From Patescibacteria group bacterium (GTDB lineage Bacteria; Patescibacteriota; Patescibacteriia; UBA2591; UBA6264), in contig JAIPGN010000002.1 of assembly GCA_021735685.1 (NCBI GenBank), forward strand, positions 3,183 to 67,182: DNA of 64,000 bases. The letters are read 5' to 3'. A program made the translations under genes and the position numbers. Shown piece by piece: positions 58,401-64,000 of the stretch (its first letter is position 1; each line of letters starts with the position of its first letter). The notes beneath the pieces are model-generated. The model searched no databases and was not told the DNA's origin. It saw only the letters and a list, made by a program, of their open reading frames with translations.

Positions 58401-59244
58401 CTATAGAAAAATCATTTCCAAAAGAAGAATTATCAGCTAAAGCTGCAGAAATTTCCCCACCTCCAGAATTCATTTTCCAATGGGCTTTCAAAGTTTCATT
58501 GGTAACACTATAGCAAAGAGATCCCGAACGATTAATATCTAAAAAATCTTCACCGCCATCCCCCGAGCAACCAAAGATACATAGTCCATCAGGACAATCT
58601 GAGCTTTCCTTGCTACAAGATTGCCCATCATTAGCGCCACCATCACAATACCAACTAGGTTCGCCCACACAAGCCCAAGAAAAAGGCCAACCGCCAGGAG
58701 GATTAACCTGTTCTGGTTCGGGGCAACCCGAACAACCTGTACAATTAACATAATCCTCGCAACTACTGCAATCAGCACACTTACAACTACGGCCAAAACA
58801 AACCCAGCCAACCTTATCCGACCAAGCATAACCCCTTAAACTCTCTCTTTGAGTGTCATAAACTAATCCGTAAAGCGGACTTTCCATCCCACTCGGGCAA
58901 GTACTTCCGCCCGGGCAACAATTCTCAAAAGTGCCGTCCTTGGAACATACTCCTCCGCCCTCACAATCTCCGTCCTGAGTGCAAGGCTCTCCGTCATAAA
59001 TACCTCCCACGCAAACTGCAGTAAAATCATTATGACAATTCGCAGAAATCCAACCCATATTCTCTCCCCACGTCCAACCGCGTACATTAAAATCTATATC
59101 TGCTCCCACTCTCTCTAAACCAAATCTATTATTAGGGGAATTAAAAAAATATTTGGGAATAATAAATATTCCCAGAATAACAAATATTCCTAAAACTAAA
59201 AAAATTCTCAGAGATTTTTTTTCCAAAAAACTCAACTTCATCAT
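55435..59244 (-). CDS. Giant (1269 aa) surface protein with Cys-rich modules and three LamG/concanavalin-A-like lectin domains
   Basis: N-terminal TM; three repeats of the 'FNNAG(Q/E)F(D/N)G...Y..I..S..L.F....T...WVK' LamG pattern ('DDALQFNGENSYLY...IEAWVKR'; 'FNNAGQFDGLNDYIEIADS...IQFWVKP'; 'FNNAGEFNGTSNYIIIPNS...LQAWVKR'); multiple CxxC clusters. Confidence 0.7.
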   Translation of the reverse strand: MMKLSFLEKKSLRIFLVLGIFVILGIFIIPKYFFNSPNNRFGLERVGADIDFNVRGWTWGENMGWISANCHNDFTAVCVGGIYDGEPCTQDGDCEGGGVCSKDGTFENCCPGGSTCPSGMESPLYGLVYDTQRESLRGYAWSDKVGWVCFGRSCKCADCSSCEDYVNCTGCSGCPEPEQVNPPGGWPFSWACVGEPSWYCDGGANDGQSCSKESSDCPDGLCIFGCSGDGGEDFLDINRSGSLCYSVTNETLKAHWKMNSGGGEISAALADNSSFGNDFSIGVSPSLAKGKFDDALQFNGENSYLYALDSPSLSISDNLTIEAWVKRGEINREQTILSKWDESTGEKSYRLWFDQENKLNFSVGNGGEEATVKQRRGLCFGGVNQGEQCSSDEDCEGKGAFCRNALITDVTKWHHLTGKYITATSDKDAFLQIFIDGLSVSSEILGEIPSFLEDLNNDFYLGAKKGSSGQMDSYFTGLIDNVSLWTCNNIGLTFGRSARDVWADAKIEVSGWAKVINLENAGWLNLRGATKQGKIWGIYLNNYSPFYTMGGYMANRHADTTMDSEGLVGNWMMDEPSWSTNTGSSIPVVDSSGEGNQGIASGASPNSDGLFNNAGQFDGLNDYIEIADSEKLDFNDAESFTIQFWVKPMDFFKTSGSLPIVKRNSGPGYEIGLDYNGGISWYLRDEANSKADTPDSNYLTLNTWNHVAVVFDRAQGTITRYLDGEVTGSVDSFGEISDLSNNLSLSIGGRFLRGDSYFRGLIDNVSIYEVARTPTQVLRDYQKQDPYCVGWGDNDHDYGDPPEPADFNSVSVTNTEGCEQLLIQWESSDWAESYTYHRCDNVEASDCATCSYVEYNVLSGEEFNVQDVGLSSDTGYCYKIEAHNETGSTYNSEGPVWQRTTLCSPENVEIDDNTCGEIEVYWDLSETASGYNIYNSLSTAEDFAVIGHLGEAMDYTNLTAHWKMNEEDWDGTSEEVKDSSGSDSTHHGTSFGATPNTNGLFNNAGEFNGTSNYIIIPNSEEFDSETITLQAWVKRSSAGTRDVIFSDNKDSEDDINRFLRWEIGSDDLLALIFGDGVTEKIEIKSDTLIDDTDWHHLVAIRNHQSGQGTVTFYIDGLLDKTSSYILDSIAPLSTNDLLIGASNGGSPGYFHGLIDNLSFYDAIRSQESVRVDYEAGDCGQDNCSLTEVCHVLGVEDNNCGKGQDDSSVCCYTDQRILPYVDYYYQVTAVTDAGESPSSSCEWEDCPGGLSSCCPWGNTICFPPAEIQEE

Positions 59245-59371
59245 TAATTTTCTTTCAAAATTTTAAATACTAAAAAAATTATGCAAGAAAGGGTCGAATT
59301 TTTAAGCAAAACTCGACCCTCAATTCTTAGGTAACCTAAAAATACTTTTTTCTAAAAGTAATTTGGCTCAA

Positions 59372-60010
59372 TTATTCAACATGCATTACTCCAGTCTCGC
59401 CTCTTCCTCGATGACCAGGAACGTCACAGTAGAAAGTGTAATCACCGGCAGCTGGAGCCTTAAAAGTGATAGCTCTGGTCTCGTTTCCGGCAACTCCAAT
59501 AGCGACCGCCTGCAAGCTCGCATCGTCAAACTTAAAGACATGAGTACGATCGGTTGAAGTCAAAGAAAGAGTGACCACATCACTAGCATTAACCGTAAAT
59601 TCACTAGGAGTGAAACCACTGGCGCTAATACTTAACTTTACTGCTGTTTCTGGAACTTCCTCTTCGGTTAAGGCACGAGATTGTCGGGGAGCGTCTGGAG
59701 AACCAGGTAAGGCAGTATTATCCGCAACCTCTCCTCCAGAAGTTAGAACTTCACCTTCTTCAGAAACTGGACTAGCATCTGGAACTACAGATTCAGAAAC
59801 TTCCTCTGCCTCGCCTTCTTCAGGGATAAATTCACCCTCTTCTTCGGGAAGCATTTCCCCTTCTTCTTCGGGAAGCATTTCCCCTTCTTCTTCGGGAAGC
59901 ATTTCCCCTTCTGGCTCAACTACTTCAGGCTTAGAACTGAGTAAAATAATACCCAAAATAACTAAAATCGCGATAATAATAATAGTCCAAACTGTATTGT
60001 TGTTTTTCAT
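59372..60010 (-). CDS. Membrane-anchored cupredoxin (plastocyanin/amicyanin-like type-1 copper protein) with acidic repeat linker
   Basis: C-terminal 'THVFKF...GDYTFYCDVPGHRGRGETGVMHVE' gives the His...Cys-x2-Pro?-Gly-His...Met ligand set. N-terminal TM and 'EGEMLPEE' x3. Confidence 0.6.
   Translation of the reverse strand: MKNNNTVWTIIIIAILVILGIILLSSKPEVVEPEGEMLPEEEGEMLPEEEGEMLPEEEGEFIPEEGEAEEVSESVVPDASPVSEEGEVLTSGGEVADNTALPGSPDAPRQSRALTEEEVPETAVKLSISASGFTPSEFTVNASDVVTLSLTSTDRTHVFKFDDASLQAVAIGVAGNETRAITFKAPAAGDYTFYCDVPGHRGRGETGVMHVE
59836..59910. repeat. 24-bp tandem repeat x3 inside the cupredoxin gene
   Basis: 'ccttcttcttcgggaagcatttcc' repeated; encodes EGEMLPEE. Confidence 0.7.
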
Positions 60011-60066
60011 AATTATTCTCGACTTAAAGATTGATTAAAAAATTATAGACCTTTAATTTATTAAAC

Positions 60067-61650
60067 TTATAAAGATAAAATGTTTTCAACCTCCACAACA
60101 ATTCCATTAATTAAGGTTTGTGTATCAGTATAAAGACTATCAAGAGATTGCTGGTAGGTTCTCAAAAGAGCTAATTTTTCGTTTTCAGACACTTCCGTCA
60201 AACCGTAAACGTTATAAATATCAATTAAAATAGCATCTATTTGCGCAACATTAGTATCTAAAGAATTCTCTGGATCTGCTTCGTAAGTATCCAACAAAGC
60301 CAAAGATGTATCTAATTCTGAAGTGTCGCCAGTGTCTAAATATCTTTTCGTGCAGTCATTATAACAAAAATCTCCGGTTGTTCCATCAACCTCATTATTA
60401 TCGTCACACTCTTCCTCCCCCTCAACAACTCCATCTCCACAAACAGCAGTCTCTGGATTCTCTTCTCGGCTGGCTGTACACACCGGACTATCCCCGCCAG
60501 CTGCCGAACAAGTCCAATCTAAACTTTGCCCTTGTTCAGGGAAATCGGTTTTAGAAGGTGTTCCAACTGAACATTGTTCATAGGGAGGATATCCCGTAGC
60601 ATCATAAGGAAAAACTCTTTCGTGAGCATCTCCGCAAGCACCAACTGGTGGATTTTCTCGACTAGCTGAACACTGGGAACTATCTCCTCCGCTAGTCTGA
60701 CAAAGCCAATTTTCTGTTCCTCCCTGAACAGGAAAATTAGTATTAGTGGAACTTCCCGTAGCGCACTGAAGATAAGGACTATAACCAGTGGCATCATAAG
60801 AGAAGGTCATGCCATTAGCATTACCACAAGTACCTGGTTCCTCAGGTGCCGCTCCTCCCACATATTCTTCTAATAATCCATTAGCTGCGCACTTGCCTCC
60901 CTGATAACAATCTTTCAGTCCTTCGGGAGCACAAAATTCAACTATACACTGTTCTTCATTACCGTCTGCCGCTGCCATGGCTAATCCTAATTCAGGATCG
61001 CCTACACATAAACCATTTTCTTCAGAAAAAAAACAAGGCTGGCCTTGAAGATTTAGCTGAGACCCACAAAGCTCAGGGTCGGTTTGATCATATTTACGGC
61101 AAGTCCAACCCGTGGTCGGCACTTCAGCAGCTAAAGCTGGAGAAATAAAACTAGATAAATTGGGCCAATCAAAGACTAATTTTCTTTTATTTTGAAAAAA
61201 AGTATACTCTGGCCCAGTAGTATAATTAGCCACAAAAGTTCTAGTATCATTTATTAGTTGATAAGAGTTTTGGATTTGAGAAGCTAAGCCGTTAGCTTGG
61301 ATATAAGATAAGGCCGAATCCCCTAAAATCATAAAAGTTAAATCTAAAGAGCTCCCGGTAGTATTCATTAAATCTAAAATTTCTTGCTCAGTACTACTAG
61401 CCTGAATTGAACTTTCTAAAGATGTAAGCTCACTACCAAAACTACTAAGCAATGAATTTATTGCCTCAAAATTAATATATTCCATATCTTCTATTCTTCC
61501 ATAAAAAGAACTAGCCAGAGAAGGAGTATATTTATTTTGTATTCTATCCACATAAAAACTTTTAGTGCTAGCTAAATCCGCATGAACTGCCGAGCTCCAA
61601 AAGAAAACTAAAAACAAGCTTAAAATTAATAAATACTTAAAATTTTTCAT
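60067..61650 (-). CDS. Secreted cysteine-rich protein with an internal ~45-aa duplicated module and a 'CGDGVVEGEEECDD' Cys-rich repeat
   Basis: Signal peptide 'LLILSLFLVFFWSSAVHA'; modules 'TGYSPYLQCATGS...WLCQTSGGDSSQCSASRE' and 'TGYPPYEQCSVGT...WTCSAAGGDSPVCTASRE'. Confidence 0.6.
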   Translation of the reverse strand: MKNFKYLLILSLFLVFFWSSAVHADLASTKSFYVDRIQNKYTPSLASSFYGRIEDMEYINFEAINSLLSSFGSELTSLESSIQASSTEQEILDLMNTTGSSLDLTFMILGDSALSYIQANGLASQIQNSYQLINDTRTFVANYTTGPEYTFFQNKRKLVFDWPNLSSFISPALAAEVPTTGWTCRKYDQTDPELCGSQLNLQGQPCFFSEENGLCVGDPELGLAMAAADGNEEQCIVEFCAPEGLKDCYQGGKCAANGLLEEYVGGAAPEEPGTCGNANGMTFSYDATGYSPYLQCATGSSTNTNFPVQGGTENWLCQTSGGDSSQCSASRENPPVGACGDAHERVFPYDATGYPPYEQCSVGTPSKTDFPEQGQSLDWTCSAAGGDSPVCTASREENPETAVCGDGVVEGEEECDDNNEVDGTTGDFCYNDCTKRYLDTGDTSELDTSLALLDTYEADPENSLDTNVAQIDAILIDIYNVYGLTEVSENEKLALLRTYQQSLDSLYTDTQTLINGIVVEVENILSL

Positions 61651-61772
61651 AAAAAAATATTAAAAAATATAAATTATACAAAGATACAATAACCAAGATA
61701 CAAGATACAAGACACAAACAAATCGCAAATTCCCCGCCTGCCAGCGAGCAGGCAATACTCAATGTCCAAGCT

Positions 61773-62114
61773 CTATTTCGTTTTATCAATAATAGAAGAA
61801 AGAATATTTTTTAATTCTGTGGCTTCTTGATAAAGAGCTTTAACTTCTTTTTTAAAACTTGGGTTAGCTACCTCAATAAGCTCAAGCCAATGTAATGTTT
61901 CTTTAGCTTCTTTCCTTGATATTTTTAAACGATGAGCAAAATCTTTCTTTCCTAACGCATCATTTGCCTCTCTATAATTAGCTCCTACTGAACCCGCTGA
62001 CCCAACTATTTGTCCAATTAACCTACTGTTCATTGAATTATGTGTCAATTTTCTGCACAAACGAATCACATTTTTAGCAAATTCTGTAGTTCTTTCCTCT
62101 AAGTCAAACCTCAT
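61773..62114 (-). CDS. Four-helix-bundle protein (23S rRNA IVS protein / DGR Avd family)
   Basis: 113 aa; 'TEFAKNVIRLCRKL...LIGQIVGSAGSVGANYREANDALGKKDFAHRLKISRKEAKETLHWLEL' matches the PF05635/TIGR02436 pattern. Confidence 0.75.
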   Translation of the reverse strand: MRFDLEERTTEFAKNVIRLCRKLTHNSMNSRLIGQIVGSAGSVGANYREANDALGKKDFAHRLKISRKEAKETLHWLELIEVANPSFKKEVKALYQEATELKNILSSIIDKTK

Positions 62115-62176
62115 ACAATATTTGGTTATTGGTTATTGAATATTGTTTGGTTATTGTTTCTTGTGTCTTGTTTCTT

Positions 62177-62407
62177 TTATTCCGTAGGAATTTCTAAATT
62201 TCCCTTCAATTGATTTACCAAATCTTCTAAACTCTTCTTGGTCACCTCTCCTTCCGTTTTTTTGTCTTTATCAATCTTTAAAATCTCAGTACCAATTTCC
62301 TCTTTTTCTTCTTCCAGTAACTCCTCTTTAGAAATCATTATAAATAAAGCAATGATAACTAGCAAGAGAACAATCAACCAAAGATATTTTTTTTTATTTT
62401 TTGGCAT
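62177..62407 (-). CDS. Small single-TM protein with acidic tail
   Basis: 76 aa; 'YLWLIVLLLVIIALFIMI' TM then Glu/Lys-rich. Confidence 0.35.
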   Translation of the reverse strand: MPKNKKKYLWLIVLLLVIIALFIMISKEELLEEEKEEIGTEILKIDKDKKTEGEVTKKSLEDLVNQLKGNLEIPTE

Positions 62408-62438
62408 ATATTTTTTATATTATTAAAAATAATTTCAA

Positions 62439-63800
62439 CTAATAAGCGCCAGAAGTGGAATGGCTCTCTATTGTATACCAAGCCGCGCCAGAAGTGCTGT
62501 TCATGCAAACTTGAAAATAAGCGACTCCGCTTGATTCATAATAACGCATTGCCCCTAATGTTCCAGAAGTACAACTTTCTGTGCCGATTCCACCAGCAAA
62601 AGTAAGACCAGAAACATTCATATCTCCATCAATATTCATGTTTCCACCAACATAAGCAGAGCCACCTACATTTAAATTGTCTCCGATATATACAGGGTTT
62701 TCTCCAGCTGCGCTAGCTACATGCAAGGCATAACTACCCCCTGTTCCCTTTATCCCGACATTTCCATCAGTGCGGACATAAATTCCATAATTAGTACTAG
62801 TTTTGCCGTCACCGCCACTCTTGATAGCAATAGCATCTCCTGATGTTATATTTAAAGTACTGGAACTAGGCATGGTCTCTGGCGGCCAACTAGGAGTAGT
62901 GCAATCATCATCCCAAATATAAGAGTCGTCGGCTATTCTGATACCCTTTTCTCCAGGAGAACCACACTCTGTGATTCCAATAAAACCACCTACCAAAAGA
63001 TCATTGGTAATCCAGGCGTTTCCCTGCTGGACATGTAAGGCTGCCCCTGGCTCTGTCGTGCCAATTCCGATTCTTGCCTGATCATCTATTAAAGAAAAAC
63101 GAATTGTTCCTCGAACGCTAGAACAAAGCTCTGCTACACAATATTTAAAAATTAAAGGAGTGTTGGTTTGAGAACCCTGCGACAACAAAGACCAAGATTC
63201 ATTTGCACCTGCGTTTCCAATACTTATACTAACATCATCATTAGCGTCTTCGTCAATCCAAAATTTTGGATCTTGATCAGTCTGGAATTGGGAATCAGCA
63301 AAGCCAAAAACCAAAGGCTTGTTAACGGCATCTCCCATAGAACTAATTTTCCAAAACTCTCCATAAGTACCAGTTTCATCTCCTAATCTAATTTCTGCCC
63401 CTCGACTACCTGTAGCAGAGGTTGATTTTACTTGCAAGGTCTGAACTCCGCTTCCCCTAATATCTAAAGGATGCCCCGGATCATTCGTGCCAATGCCAAC
63501 ATTACCGGAAAGGCCCAATGTGGCGTCTTTATTTAAATAGACATCGCTGGCATTTTGACGCCAAATGCCAACATAGGAAAAAGAATGAACTCCATTCACC
63601 GCATCTTTCGCATAACCCCAGGTCGCGGCACTATCATCTGCTCCAGGTTCTGCTAAATGTTTAATTTCATAAGGTCCTCCCTCTTGCCCTAAATTCAAAT
63701 TATTACTCACTTTTAAATCAGCCGCCCAAGCAATAGCCCAAACTCCTAAAATTAAAGTCAGAACAATTCCTCCTAATAAAATTACTTTTTCCTTTTTCAT
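62439..63800 (-). CDS. Secreted beta-rich Gly/Ser/Thr/Asn-rich protein with fibre-like '(V/I)GIGT..PG..L.V' repeats
   Basis: Signal peptide 'LLGGIVLTLILGVWAIAWA'; 'NVGIGTNDPGHPLDIRG', 'RIGIGTTEPGAALHVQQG', 'NVGIKGTGGSYALHVAS'. Confidence 0.55.
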   Translation of the reverse strand: MKKEKVILLGGIVLTLILGVWAIAWAADLKVSNNLNLGQEGGPYEIKHLAEPGADDSAATWGYAKDAVNGVHSFSYVGIWRQNASDVYLNKDATLGLSGNVGIGTNDPGHPLDIRGSGVQTLQVKSTSATGSRGAEIRLGDETGTYGEFWKISSMGDAVNKPLVFGFADSQFQTDQDPKFWIDEDANDDVSISIGNAGANESWSLLSQGSQTNTPLIFKYCVAELCSSVRGTIRFSLIDDQARIGIGTTEPGAALHVQQGNAWITNDLLVGGFIGITECGSPGEKGIRIADDSYIWDDDCTTPSWPPETMPSSSTLNITSGDAIAIKSGGDGKTSTNYGIYVRTDGNVGIKGTGGSYALHVASAAGENPVYIGDNLNVGGSAYVGGNMNIDGDMNVSGLTFAGGIGTESCTSGTLGAMRYYESSGVAYFQVCMNSTSGAAWYTIESHSTSGAY

Positions 63801-63927
63801 AAAAAAATATTAAAAAATAATTATTAAAGAAACAAAAAACAAGATACAAGAAACAAACAAATCCTAAACTTCAAACTCCAAAAACATCTAAAATAATTAT
63901 AGCGCTTAAAAATATAAGATGCAACCC

Positions 63928-64000
63928 TTATTTTGTCTTATTAATAATAGAAGAAAGAATATTTTTAATTTCTGTTGCCTCCTGAAAAAGAATCTTTACC
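63928..64000 (-). CDS. Second four-helix-bundle gene (paralog of 61773-62114), C-terminal 24 codons only
   Basis: Reads '...FQEATEIKNILSSIINKTK*' versus copy 1 '...YQEATELKNILSSIIDKTK*'; continues past the window end. Confidence 0.6.
   Translation of the reverse strand, partial: VKILFQEATEIKNILSSIINKTK

Noticed and set aside
60430-60830. Two ~150-bp near-repeats inside the Cys-rich secreted gene considered as a DGR TR/VR pair
   Set aside because: Both copies are in-frame coding repeats of the same protein. Divergence is about 30% and not confined to adenine positions.

Overview
Low-GC (~35%), densely packed bacterial segment using the standard genetic code. Small proteins and Lys-rich tails on ribosomal proteins and tRNA synthetases suggest a reduced-genome CPR/Patescibacteria-type organism; that taxonomic placement is inference. 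Most of the window is housekeeping. Identified: an hrcA-grpE-dnaK operon with an upstream CIRCE-like element; topA, dnaE, thrS, lysS, hisS and pnp; an rpsO-pnp unit interrupted by a NYN/LabA gene; prfA, gatB, recJ, alr, ftsA, ftsW, murG and miaA; and two radical-SAM methylthiotransferases. There are two polysaccharide clusters (Wzy/GT2/GT4/Wzx at 1-4.5 kb; LepB/GT2/UXS-like at 45.6-48.3 kb) and a priming glycosylphosphotransferase. RNA genes are tRNA-Leu(CAA), tRNA-Arg(TCT), tRNA-His(GTG) and an RNase P RNA on the minus strand at about 33.68-34.03 kb. The RNase P RNA is not in the ORF track and is overlapped by spurious ORFs. A tyrosine recombinase (51.6-52.55 kb) sits next to the tRNA pair. 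That pair is bracketed by two identical 77-bp units, each holding two copies of a perfect 25-bp palindrome with an asymmetric core. A fifth, core-inverted copy follows rpmE about 38 kb away. The 53-64 kb end is accessory-like and entirely on the minus strand. It encodes a signal-peptide protein and an N-terminally membrane-anchored protein, a 1269-aa protein with three LamG/ConA-like domains, a plastocyanin-like cupredoxin, a cysteine-rich secreted protein and a beta-rich secreted protein. Two paralogous four-helix-bundle genes of the 23S-IVS/Avd family each sit just upstream of a secreted-protein gene with duplicated flanking sequence. No reverse transcriptase, cas genes or rRNA are visible in the window.
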